Positions 1-8,932 of a stretch of 64,000 nt of DNA are shown here, one piece after another (the first letter of the stretch is position 1; every line of letters begins with the position of its first letter). Source of the DNA: Oscillospiraceae bacterium (GTDB lineage: Bacteria; Bacillota; Clostridia; Oscillospirales; Oscillospiraceae); assembly GCA_016302405.1 (NCBI GenBank), contig JAEDNR010000001.1, positions 362-64,361 of the forward strand, in the 5' to 3' direction. The notes under the pieces are model-generated. The model searched no databases and had not been told where the DNA came from. It saw nothing but the letters and a program-made list of their open reading frames with translations. Both the position numbers and the translations under genes were made by a program.

Positions 1-6
1 GGACAG

Positions 7-975
7 GTGCTGCTGGGAAGCCGTGTAATACGGCCCGGAGACACGCTTTCGGCGGATCGGCTGGCTGAGCTTACCTTCGCTCCGGCAAACACGGAAGCGG
101 ATGCCGATGCCCAGGTGGGGTATCTGCCGATATACGCCGGTGAGGTGGGGCCGGAGACCACTATGACGCTGGCGATCCGGGGGAAGGAGAACAAAGCCCC
201 GGTGGCGGAGGATTCCGCCCTGGAAACCTACAAAAACCTGGAAAACACCGGAAAGCTGAAGGTCAGAGACCCGGAAGGGGAGCCGATGACCTTTACGGTG
301 GTCCGGCAGCCCAAGCGGGGCAGCGTGACCATCGGGGAGGACGGAAGCTTCACCTATACGCCCAAAAAGAACAAGGTGGGTATTGATTCCTTCACCTATA
401 CCGCTGCCGACGCTTCCGGCAAGGTGTCCCGGGAGGCCACCGTGACCATTACGATTCTGAAGCCCACGGAGAGCACCCAATACACGGATACAACCGGAAA
501 GAGCTGCTGCTTCGCGGCGGAATGGATGAAAAACACCGGGATCTTTACCGGGGAATGTGTGGCGGGCAGCGCCTGCTTCAGCCCGGAAAGAACTGTTACC
601 CGGGGAGAGTTCGTCACCATGCTGGTAAAGACCCTGAATATTCCCGTGGAGGAAGAAGTCTCCTATACGGGGTATACGGACGCGCCTGACTGGCTGAAGC
701 CCTATCTTGCCGCCGCGGCGAGAGCGGGCCTGACCCAGGGAATGCCCACGGGGGATGTCTTTGGGGCGGATGAAAGCATGGCACCGGCGGATGCTGCAGC
801 CCTCCTTTGCGCGGCGCTGGACCTGACAGCAGGGGAAGATGACGCCGCCGCTCTGGAAACGGCGGGAATTCCGGCGCCTGACGGCGAGGTTTTGAACCGG
901 GGGCAGACAGCAGAGCTTCTGTATCAGCTCAGTGTAGTCACCGATCAGGCGGGACGTCCCCGGGTTTGGCAATAA
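7..975 (+). CDS. Cell-surface protein with Ig-like (cadherin/Big_9-type) domain and S-layer homology domains; 5' end probably lies outside the window
   Basis: 'DGSFTYTP...GIDSFTYTA' Ig-like motif, then SLH-like 'FSPERTVTRGEFVTML' and 'LNRGQTAELL'. Confidence 0.8.
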   Translation: MLLGSRVIRPGDTLSADRLAELTFAPANTEADADAQVGYLPIYAGEVGPETTMTLAIRGKENKAPVAEDSALETYKNLENTGKLKVRDPEGEPMTFTVVRQPKRGSVTIGEDGSFTYTPKKNKVGIDSFTYTAADASGKVSREATVTITILKPTESTQYTDTTGKSCCFAAEWMKNTGIFTGECVAGSACFSPERTVTRGEFVTMLVKTLNIPVEEEVSYTGYTDAPDWLKPYLAAAARAGLTQGMPTGDVFGADESMAPADAAALLCAALDLTAGEDDAAALETAGIPAPDGEVLNRGQTAELLYQLSVVTDQAGRPRVWQ

Positions 976-980
976 AAAAG

Positions 981-1013
981 TTACCTCCCTGCCGCTTTTT
1001 GGCAGGGAGGTAA
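981..1013. terminator. Bidirectional intrinsic terminator
   Basis: TTACCTCCCTGCC-gctttttt-like loop-GGCAGGGAGGTAA hairpin between convergent genes. Confidence 0.75.
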
Positions 1014-1023
1014 TGGCTTTTGC

Positions 1024-1584
1024 TTATTTCAGATCCTCGCCCAGAAGATACTTCTTCGCCGGGGTCTTCAGCAGCACCGCGCCGATGACCAGAATGATCA
1101 CTGTGTCAGGAAGCATGTAAGCGCCGTTATACAGGGCGGAGTAGAACCAGGGAGTGGTCATGGTCATACCGAAGAAGGTCTCCGGCATATACGCGGCCCA
1201 GATGGTAGCTCCCACCACATAGTGAACCAGGAACCGGGCGGAGCAGGCGACGACGGTTGCCTGCCAGAACTTGCCCCGGAACAGGCCGGCAATTCCAAGA
1301 ACGGCGTAGGCGATGAGGAAGTCGCCCAGAATACTCTCCCAGCCGATGGCGATGCCGCCTTCAAACAGGGTCTGCAGGATGCCGTGGGCAAAGCTCACGA
1401 TAAGGCCCGGGCCGAATCCCCAGCGAACGCAGTAGACGATGATGGGGAGCATGGCCAGGTCGATGGATCCGCCCCAGGGCATTTTGTACAGGGGCAGGAA
1501 GCTGAGGATTTCCGCCAGGGCAATGAGAATGGCGCCCTCACACAGAGAACGCAGACGGATGTGGGATGCTTGATTGGCAGCCAT
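1024..1584 (-). CDS. thiT: Energy-coupled thiamine transporter S component ThiT
   Basis: 'MPWGGSIDLAMLPI', 'YSALYNGAYMLP' motifs; lies downstream of a TPP riboswitch; start set at MAANQ. Confidence 0.92.
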   Translation of the reverse strand: MAANQASHIRLRSLCEGAILIALAEILSFLPLYKMPWGGSIDLAMLPIIVYCVRWGFGPGLIVSFAHGILQTLFEGGIAIGWESILGDFLIAYAVLGIAGLFRGKFWQATVVACSARFLVHYVVGATIWAAYMPETFFGMTMTTPWFYSALYNGAYMLPDTVIILVIGAVLLKTPAKKYLLGEDLK

Positions 1585-1664
1585 TTTTTGGCCTCCTATA
1601 TAAAAAGTACCGCATTGAACCCGTCCAGGTGCAATGCGATACGAAAGGTATCCCATATCTGCAT

Positions 1665-1752
1665 CTTTCCCTCCGACGGTACTAACCGTATCAGGTTCAC
1701 GGGTTAAGGACTTCCTTGCCCAATCTCAGCCGGACATATCCGGCACCCCGAA
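1665..1752 (-). promoter_or_regulatory. TPP riboswitch
   Basis: Minus strand reads GGGGTGC...GCTGAGA...ACCCGTGAACCTGATACGGTTAGTACCGTCGGAGGGAA, matching the TPP aptamer core; upstream of thiT. Confidence 0.95.
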
Positions 1753-1801
1753 GACGTTTCTTGTGCGATCTATGGGTATTATAGCAGTTCCCGCGAAAAT
1801 G

Positions 1802-2143
1802 TCAAGCCATTTGCAGTGCCAGCGCGGTACCGCCCAGAATGTGAAAGTGCAGGTGCTGAACAGTCTGACCGGCGTCACTGCCGCAGTTGGAGACCACACG
1901 GTAGCCGTTTGTCAGGCCCTCCGCGGCGGCGATTTTGGGGATGACTGTGAAAATGTGGGCCACTACAGCACTGTTTTCATCCGTGATGCCATTGCAGTCA
2001 GGGATATGTACCTTGGGTACCACGAGAATATGGGTGGGCGCCTGGGGGGCAATGTCCCGGAAAGCAAAGATGGTGTCGTCTTCATATACCTTTTTGGAGG
2101 GAATGTCCCCGGCGATGATTTTGCAGAAAAGACAGTCGTTCAT
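1802..2143 (-). CDS. HIT family (histidine triad) nucleotide-binding protein
   Basis: MNDCLFCKII start; 'GQTVQHLHFH' histidine triad. Confidence 0.95.
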   Translation of the reverse strand: MNDCLFCKIIAGDIPSKKVYEDDTIFAFRDIAPQAPTHILVVPKVHIPDCNGITDENSAVVAHIFTVIPKIAAAEGLTNGYRVVSNCGSDAGQTVQHLHFHILGGTALALQMA

Positions 2144-2160
2144 AATGTTTTCCTCCCAAA

Positions 2161-2637
2161 TTATAATCCGAAAACATGGATGCCTACCAGGCTGACGGTG
2201 GCCATGATCACCCCGGCCAGAATCACACCCACACAGACGGAAAAAATGGTTTCTTTCATACCCATTTCCAGGAAACTGGCACCCAGGGTCCCGGTCCACG
2301 CTCCGGTACCGGGGATGGGGATGCCGACAAAAGCTGTAAGGGCTACCATCAGGCCATATTTTCCGAATTTGCTGGAGACCAGCCGCTTCCCGGCTTTTTC
2401 ACCTTTTTCATGAAAGAACCGGCAGACGGGACCGATTACAGGCTTGTCAAGTCCCCACAGGAGAAAACGGTGGGCGAACAGGTAGATGATCGGAACCGGA
2501 AGCATATTTCCAATGGCACAGATTATGATAGAGGGGATGGTGTCCAGACCCATGCCCATGGCAATGGGGATGGCACCCCGCAGTTCGATAAGCGGTACCA
2601 TGGATATGAGAAAAATGGAAAAATACTTGAGAAACAT
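2161..2637 (-). CDS. Small multi-drug export family membrane protein
   Basis: 'SMVPLIELRGAIP' and 'GIPIPGTGAWTG' motifs; start may instead be 2649. Confidence 0.85.
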   Translation of the reverse strand: MFLKYFSIFLISMVPLIELRGAIPIAMGMGLDTIPSIIICAIGNMLPVPIIYLFAHRFLLWGLDKPVIGPVCRFFHEKGEKAGKRLVSSKFGKYGLMVALTAFVGIPIPGTGAWTGTLGASFLEMGMKETIFSVCVGVILAGVIMATVSLVGIHVFGL

Positions 2638-2781
2638 AGCATCACCCATGATTTTGACGTTGTTCCAAGCAATTTTAGCATAGTTTCCAGCCGAATGCAA
2701 CAGAAAAAAACGGAAAGAACCCTTAAAGCTTGTTTAAGGGCACCTTCCGTTTCGTTCTTTACAGAAAGGGACAAAAATGGC

Positions 2782-2979
2782 TCAGGCGGGGTTCGTTTCC
2801 TTCACGATCACGTAACCGTCCACCAGATTGGCCTTTTCCAGCTCTCCTTCGATGGCGACCTGACGCTCCATCAGGTCGGTGAGGATCACGAGGCCGTCCC
2901 GGCACTCAATGGTCATAACGTTCTTCATAGCGATGGAGGCCGGGTCCATCTTGTTTTTGTAAACGGTGGAAAGACACAT
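2782..2979 (-). CDS. CooT family nickel-binding protein
   Basis: 65 aa, MC N-terminus (MCLSTVY), predicted beta-rich, typical CooT size. Confidence 0.8.
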   Translation of the reverse strand: MCLSTVYKNKMDPASIAMKNVMTIECRDGLVILTDLMERQVAIEGELEKANLVDGYVIVKETNPA

Positions 2980-2988
2980 AGCGTTTCC

Positions 2989-3318
2989 TCACTTAATTTC
3001 CATAGCGGAAAGGACCACGCTCAGCCGCATGTTGCCTTTTTCAAAGTCGGACACGGCAGCCATGACCTGCTCGTAAGCGGTGTGGTCCCCGGCCTTGTCA
3101 AGCTGAACGGCCAGGTCTGCCAGCTCCTTTGCATGGGCGGCGTTATGGCCTACCATATACTTCATCAGGGCCTGCAGCTCTTCCATGGGGGTATGCTCAC
3201 ACTGGGAAGCACAGCTTCCGCAGTCGTGACCGCAGCTTTCCTCGTGGGTATGGTCGTGATCGTGGGTATGCGCGTGATCGTGGTGGCTGTGGCCGACATG
3301 ATCGTGATCGAGATGCAT
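2989..3318 (-). CDS. His-rich putative Ni/Co metallochaperone (CooJ-like, helical C-terminus)
   Basis: N-terminal HDHVGHSHHDHAHTHDHDHTH plus CGHDCGSC; 'LMKYMVGHNAAHAKEL'; RBS AAGGAG upstream. Confidence 0.7.
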   Translation of the reverse strand: MHLDHDHVGHSHHDHAHTHDHDHTHEESCGHDCGSCASQCEHTPMEELQALMKYMVGHNAAHAKELADLAVQLDKAGDHTAYEQVMAAVSDFEKGNMRLSVVLSAMEIK

Positions 3319-3346
3319 AATGATCGCTCCTTTGAATTTTTCTTTT

Positions 3347-3375
3347 ATTATAGCGCCGGGAAGTCTGTCTGTCAA
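3347..3375 (-). promoter_or_regulatory. SigA promoter of the His-rich chaperone/cooT operon
   Basis: Perfect TTGACA-N17-TATAAT on the minus strand. Confidence 0.8.
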
Positions 3376-3411
3376 AACATTTATTTTTTCACAAAAATCC
3401 CCCGGGAGGGC

Positions 3412-3440
3412 TTGCGCAACCCATTGGCGGGAAGTATAAT
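3412..3440 (+). promoter_or_regulatory. SigA promoter of the csoR/rcnR-like gene
   Basis: TTGCGC-N17-TATAAT. Confidence 0.6.
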
Positions 3441-3501
3441 AGTTCAAAATATATGTTTGCCACGAACAAGAACCGATCATTACAGAAAGAGGGCGTTTTC
3501 C

Positions 3502-3873
3502 ATGCCGGAGCATACCCATGAACCTATTCCCGATCATACCCATGACCATTGTGAGGAAGCGCACGATCACGCCTATCTCCATGCCCACGGAATTGCCCAT
3601 ACCCACGGCCACGTTCACGAAAATCAGAAGGCGGTACTCAACCGCCTCTCCCGGGCTATCGGCCATCTGGAGAAGGTCAAACGGATGGTGGAGAGTGGGG
3701 AGGACTGCTCTGAGGTGCTGATCCAGCTTGCGGCAGTGCGTTCCGCATTGGATAATACTGGAAAGGTGATTCTGAAGGACCATATGCGCCACTGTATGGT
3801 GGATGCGGTGGCCGCCGGCGATCAGACCGCCATTGATGACCTTTGCGCCGCTATCGACAAGTTTATGAAATAG
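3502..3873 (+). CDS. CsoR/RcnR family metal-sensing repressor with His-rich N-terminus
   Basis: 'LNRLSRAIGHLEKVKRM...DCSEVLIQLAAVRSAL...HMRHC'. Confidence 0.92.
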   Translation: MPEHTHEPIPDHTHDHCEEAHDHAYLHAHGIAHTHGHVHENQKAVLNRLSRAIGHLEKVKRMVESGEDCSEVLIQLAAVRSALDNTGKVILKDHMRHCMVDAVAAGDQTAIDDLCAAIDKFMK

Positions 3874-3902
3874 GCCGGAATCGCTGCTTTTTATACAAAG
3901 AA

Positions 3903-3930
3903 TCACCCCTCTGCCGCGGCAGAGGGGTGA
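3903..3930. terminator. Bidirectional terminator
   Basis: TCACCCCTCTGCC/GGCAGAGGGGTGA hairpin between convergent genes. Confidence 0.7.
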
Positions 3931-3950
3931 AAAACTGTCTTTGGAGGGAA

Positions 3951-5339
3951 TTACTTCTCGTCCGCGCGGGTGCCGAAGTTGACGGAGGTGTCACCCAGGG
4001 TATTGGTGCCGAATTCATAGTCCTTGCCGGGAAGAACGGCGTTCATCAGGATGCCCACCAGCGCGGCGATAGCCAGTCCGGACAGGCTGATGGTGATCGC
4101 GCCCACGGGAATCACAATGGCACCGGCGTAAGACACACCGATAGCCAGACCCATGATCATGGCGGCAATCAGCACGTTGCGGCTCTTGGTGAAGTCGACC
4201 TGATTTTCAACCACGTTCCGGACGCCCACGGCGGAGATCATGCCGTACAGCACCAGGCTGACACCGCCCATGGTAGCGGCGGGCATGGCCACAATCAAAG
4301 CCGCGAACTTGGGGCAGAAGGACAGAACAATGGCGAAGACGGCAGCCAGACGGATAACCTTGGGATCGTAGACTTTGGAAAGGGCCAGAACGCCGGTGTT
4401 TTCGCCGTAGGTGGTGTTGGCGGGAGCGCCGAACAGGGCGGCAATGGCGGTAGCGGCTCCGTCGCCCAGCAGGGTGCGGTGCAGGCCGGGATCGGCAACA
4501 TAGTTCCGGCCCACGGTGGAGGAGATAGCGCACATATCACCGATGTGCTCAACGATGGTGGCCAGGGAGATGGGGGCAATGGTGATGACGGCAGTCAGCA
4601 GCATACCGGCATCAAAGTCTTTGCCGAAGATGGAAAACGCTGTGTTCTCCCAGATGATGGGCAGACCGATCCAGCCGTTCAGGATGGAATTGGGGCTTTC
4701 CTCAGCAGCCTTCAGGGTGGCGGCAAGGCCGGCTCTGGCGCTGGGGTCCACGATCATGGCGAAAATGTAGGAGGCCAGCACACCCAGCAGGATGGGAACG
4801 ATCTTCACCATTCCCTTGCCCCAGATGTTGCAGACAACAACCACCAGGATGGCAACCAGGGCGACCCACCAGTTGTTCTGGCAGTTATTGATGGCGGAGC
4901 CGGCCAGGGACAGACCGATGCAGATGATGATGGGACCGGTAACGATGGGGGGGAAGTAGCGCATGACCTTCTTGGCGCCGAAGATCTTAAAGAGCAGAGC
5001 CAGCAGCAGGTAGACAAGACCGGCCACGGCCACGCCAAAGCTGGAGTAGGTCAGAGGGATTTCCTGACCGGAGGCAGTCATGAGGCCATAAGCACCCAGG
5101 AAAGCGAAGGAAGAACCGAGGAAAGCGGGAACCTTCCGGCCGGTGACCAGGTGGAACAGCAAAGTGCCGAGACCGGCGAACAGCAGGGTGGTGGAAACAT
5201 TCAGGCCGGTGATGGCGGGAACGAGAACGGTTGCGCCGAACATGGCGAACAGGTGCTGCACGCCGAGCAGGAACTGCTTGGGGCGGCCCAGAGTGCGGGA
5301 GTCGTACACGGCTTCATTGACATTTTCGGGATTTGCCAT
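3951..5339 (-). CDS. Uracil-xanthine permease (NCS2/UraA family)
   Basis: 'QHLFAMFGATVLVP' and 'PANTTYGEN' signature. Confidence 0.93.
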   Translation of the reverse strand: MANPENVNEAVYDSRTLGRPKQFLLGVQHLFAMFGATVLVPAITGLNVSTTLLFAGLGTLLFHLVTGRKVPAFLGSSFAFLGAYGLMTASGQEIPLTYSSFGVAVAGLVYLLLALLFKIFGAKKVMRYFPPIVTGPIIICIGLSLAGSAINNCQNNWWVALVAILVVVVCNIWGKGMVKIVPILLGVLASYIFAMIVDPSARAGLAATLKAAEESPNSILNGWIGLPIIWENTAFSIFGKDFDAGMLLTAVITIAPISLATIVEHIGDMCAISSTVGRNYVADPGLHRTLLGDGAATAIAALFGAPANTTYGENTGVLALSKVYDPKVIRLAAVFAIVLSFCPKFAALIVAMPAATMGGVSLVLYGMISAVGVRNVVENQVDFTKSRNVLIAAMIMGLAIGVSYAGAIVIPVGAITISLSGLAIAALVGILMNAVLPGKDYEFGTNTLGDTSVNFGTRADEK

Positions 5340-5883
5340 AAATAACTTCCTTTCTTTATGTGTGTTCGGGTTGCACAGGTTTGAAAGAAAGGGGGACCCC
5401 AGGCATTTCCTCGGATCCCCCTTTCCTCTCAAATTCATCCGTGTCAGTATAACCTCCCTTTGGGCGGAAAGCAAGTGGAAAATCATATTTCCGCTCCCAA
5501 AATATGAACAGAATATGACGGCTCTTTTGTGAAAAGTGCTGTCAGGCTTTAAAAAGACATCTGAAGTGTTCGTTTGAGAAAAACAAAAATCGATGAACGG
5601 CGGACATTGCTGCTGAAAACGGGTGGAGAAAAACCGGTGGGAAAGCCTTGGGATTTTGTGCAACCTGCCAAGATAAAAAATGGAAAATGCAGGAAATCAA
5701 CGCAATTATGCAAAAAATGAAGGCCGGGATGGCAAGAAAACGGAAAATGAATTATTGGCCTGGGATTTTTGCAGGAGCGGAAAATAAAAAATGCAATTTG
5801 GCACTTGCAAAAATGCAAAAATGGAGTATAATGAAACTCACCAAATCAATTTCGGATCCGTTCCGAAGTAAGGAGGATAAATA

Positions 5884-6840
5884 ATGAAAATGAGAAAGCT
5901 TCTTGCAGTCCTGATGATCGCGGCAATTGCGGTTTCCCTGTGCGCTTGCGGCGGCGGTGCCAAAATGACCATGGGCACCGGCAGTGCTACCGGAACCTAC
6001 TACGGCTTCGGCGGTGTACTGGGGCAGTACATCAAGAATTATGCGGATATTGAGGTGACCGTTGTTTCCACCGACGGCTCCAAGGCAAATATTCAGGGCA
6101 TCGATGCCGGCGACTATCAGCTTGGCACCGTTCAGTCCGACGTTATGGCCTATGCCTGGGAGGGCATGCGTTCCTTTGAGGGCGGCAAGATCGATTCCTT
6201 CCGCGTGGTTGCCGGCCTGTACGCGGAGGCTGTGCAGCTCGTGACCATGGATGAGAATATCAAGAGCGTTGCAGACCTGAAAGGCAAAAGTGTCTCCATC
6301 GGTGCTCCCGGCTCCGGTGTGTACTTCAACGCCATCGATGTTCTGACCGCTGCCGGACTGTCCGAGGCGGATATCAATCCCCAGTACCAGAGCTTTTCCG
6401 ACAGCACCGACGCGCTGAAGGACGGCAAGATCGATGCCGCTTTCATCGTAGCCGGCGCCCCCACCCCTGCCATTACCGAGCTGTGCACCACCAACAGTGC
6501 CTATCTGGTTCCCATTGACGGCGACGTTGCTGCCAGCCTGATGGATTCCTGCCCCTTCTATACTACCTACTCCATCCCCGCCGGTACCTATCCCGGACAG
6601 ACCGCGGATGTGCAGACCGTTACCGTGAAGGCTACCCTCATTGTGTCCGCCAAGGCGGAGGACGATCAGGTTTACAATCTGACCAAGGCTATCTTCGACC
6701 ACATGTCTGACATTGCCAAGGAGAACGGAAAGGGTGCTGAGCTGAGCATTGCCAACGCCACCAGCGGCATGACCGCTCCGTTCCATCCCGGTGCAGCCCG
6801 TTACTTCGCCGAGCAGGGCTTCACCGTCCCCACTGTCTGA
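5884..6840 (+). CDS. TAXI family TRAP transporter solute-binding lipoprotein
   Basis: Lipobox LCAC; 'GTGSATGTYY', 'STDGSKAN', 'PFHPGA'. Confidence 0.93.
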   Translation: MKMRKLLAVLMIAAIAVSLCACGGGAKMTMGTGSATGTYYGFGGVLGQYIKNYADIEVTVVSTDGSKANIQGIDAGDYQLGTVQSDVMAYAWEGMRSFEGGKIDSFRVVAGLYAEAVQLVTMDENIKSVADLKGKSVSIGAPGSGVYFNAIDVLTAAGLSEADINPQYQSFSDSTDALKDGKIDAAFIVAGAPTPAITELCTTNSAYLVPIDGDVAASLMDSCPFYTTYSIPAGTYPGQTADVQTVTVKATLIVSAKAEDDQVYNLTKAIFDHMSDIAKENGKGAELSIANATSGMTAPFHPGAARYFAEQGFTVPTV

Positions 6841-6922
6841 TAAAAAGAATCCGTAATCATATGGGGATGGCCGCGGCGAATTGATCGCCGCGGCCATTTC
6901 CACAAGCCAGGAGGTGCCCACC

Positions 6923-8866
6923 ATGAATTTGTTCAAAAAGAAACCTGCGCTTCCCGAGGAACCTATGGACCTGGAGTCCGTAATGAAAAAATACGACCAG
7001 GAGTCCAATGTCCGGATCTGGGAGGGAAAGCCCAGGTTTGCCGTCAACTGTGTTCTTGCCGGCTTTTCTCTGTTCTGTCTGTATGTGACCCTGTTTACCA
7101 GCTGGCTGGAAGAACTGCGGCTGACCACCTTTGTGGCCCTGATCATCCTGCTGGGGTATCTGGTATTCCCCGCCAGGAAGGGCCAGCAAAAAGTGAATTA
7201 CATCCCCTGGTATGATGTTATTCTGATGGTGCTGGGCGTAGGCTCCTTCCTGTATTTCTCCTTTAACGCTGTGACCATCATCCAGCAGGGAAGCAATTTT
7301 GCCTGGTACCAGATCGTGATCGGTCTTCTGGGCATCGCCTCGCTGTGCGAGGTGTGCCGCCGGAGCGTGGGCCTGCCCATCCTGATCGTGGCGCTGTGCT
7401 TCCTGGCCTATGCCCTGACGGTGGGCCTGTCCAATCCCTCTCTGTGGGGGCGGATCTCCTACTCTGTGCGGTACCTGTTTTACAGCAAGGAGGGTATCCT
7501 CTCCACGCCCATCAACGTGTGCTCCAAGTTTATTGTGGTGTTTATCATCTTCGGTGCATTCCTGGAGCGTACCGGCATTGCGGAGTTCTTCATTGAGATC
7601 GCCAATGCCTTTGTCGGCGGCTTTTCCGGCGGTCCTGCCAAGGTCGCGGTGGTTGCCAGTGCCTTTGAGGGCATTGTGTCCGGTTCCTCCGTTGCCAATA
7701 CCGTGGGCTCCGGGTCCGTGACCATTCCCCTGATGAAAAAGACCGGCTACTCCCCGGAGTTTGCGGCGGCCGCGGAGGCTTCCGCTTCTACCGGCGGCCA
7801 GATCATGCCCCCCATTATGGGTGCCGCGGCCTTCCTGATGGCGGACTACGTCCAGCTGCCTTACAGCCAGATCGTGGTGAAAGCCATTCTGCCCGCGATT
7901 CTGTACTTTACCGGCATTTTCATTTCCGTCCATCTGGAGGCGAAGAAGCTGGGCCTGAAGGGACTGAGCAAGGAAGAACTACCGAAGATTAAACCCCTGC
8001 TGAAAAAGACCTACCTGCTGCTGCCCCTGCTGCTGCTCATCTACCTGGTGGGAACCAGCCAGCGGAGCATTCAGTACGCGGCGGCTCTGTCCATTGTGGC
8101 CTGCATTTTTGTGACGCTGTTCAGCCGGGAGACCCGGATCACCCCCATGCGATTGCTGGAGGCGCTTGCTGCCGGCGGACAGGGAACCATCACCGTTGCG
8201 GCTGCCTGCGGTGTAGCGGGTATCATTGCCGGAACCATCACCATGACCGGCCTTGCCAACATGATTATTAACGGCATCGTTATCCTGGCAGGCAACAGCA
8301 CCTTTATCGCTCTGTTCCTGACCATGATCTGCTGCATCATTTTGGGTATGGGCGTGCCCACCACCGCGACCTACTGCATTATGGCCGCTACCTGCGCCCC
8401 GATCCTGGTCCGTATGGGCGTGCCCATTGTCGCGGCCCACTTCTTCGTGTTTTACTTCGGTATCGTGGCCGACCTGACGCCGCCTGTGGCGTTGGCTTCC
8501 TATGCCGGCGCGGCAATTGCCCAGGCCAATCCCATGAAAACCGCCCTGGTCTCCACAAAGCTTGCCATCGGCGCCTTTATTGTGCCCTATGCTTTCGCGC
8601 TCAGCCCTGCCATGCTGCTGATCGATACATCCTTTGGAGAGGTTTGCCTGATCTGCATTACGTCTCTTGTCGGTATCTGCGGCGTGTCCGCGGGTCTGGA
8701 GGGATATTTCTTCCATGATATGAAGCTGTATCAGCGAATCATGAGCGCCGTGGGCGGTCTGCTGCTGATCTATCCCGGTGTTGTTACCGATACGGCGGGT
8801 CTGGCTCTTGTGCTTATTGTAGTTGCCATGCAGTTTGTGGAAAGAAGAAAGCTTGCCGCCGCGTAA
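6923..8866 (+). CDS. TRAP transporter 4TM/12TM fusion permease
   Basis: 'GGPAKVAVVAS', 'ASTGGQIMPPIMGAAAF', 'ADLTPPVALA'. Confidence 0.93.
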   Translation: MNLFKKKPALPEEPMDLESVMKKYDQESNVRIWEGKPRFAVNCVLAGFSLFCLYVTLFTSWLEELRLTTFVALIILLGYLVFPARKGQQKVNYIPWYDVILMVLGVGSFLYFSFNAVTIIQQGSNFAWYQIVIGLLGIASLCEVCRRSVGLPILIVALCFLAYALTVGLSNPSLWGRISYSVRYLFYSKEGILSTPINVCSKFIVVFIIFGAFLERTGIAEFFIEIANAFVGGFSGGPAKVAVVASAFEGIVSGSSVANTVGSGSVTIPLMKKTGYSPEFAAAAEASASTGGQIMPPIMGAAAFLMADYVQLPYSQIVVKAILPAILYFTGIFISVHLEAKKLGLKGLSKEELPKIKPLLKKTYLLLPLLLLIYLVGTSQRSIQYAAALSIVACIFVTLFSRETRITPMRLLEALAAGGQGTITVAAACGVAGIIAGTITMTGLANMIINGIVILAGNSTFIALFLTMICCIILGMGVPTTATYCIMAATCAPILVRMGVPIVAAHFFVFYFGIVADLTPPVALASYAGAAIAQANPMKTALVSTKLAIGAFIVPYAFALSPAMLLIDTSFGEVCLICITSLVGICGVSAGLEGYFFHDMKLYQRIMSAVGGLLLIYPGVVTDTAGLALVLIVVAMQFVERRKLAAA

Positions 8867-8877
8867 AATACCAAAAT

Positions 8878-8917
8878 AAAACCATCCCGGAGGAAACGGT
8901 CCTCCGGGATGGTTTTT
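8878..8917. terminator. Bidirectional terminator
   Basis: AAAACCATCCCGGAGG...CCTCCGGGATGGTTTT. Confidence 0.75.
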
Positions 8918-8932
8918 ATGTTGGTGAAAAGA

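Noticed and set aside
2176..3873. 565-aa ORF appearing to fuse a long N-terminus to CsoR
   Set aside because: The upstream part is antisense to three real genes; a promoter and RBS support the start at 3502.
5345..5600. PyrR binding loop upstream of the uracil permease
   Set aside because: A hairpin exists at about 5385-5428, but I cannot find the AGTCC..GAGAGG-type PyrR consensus.
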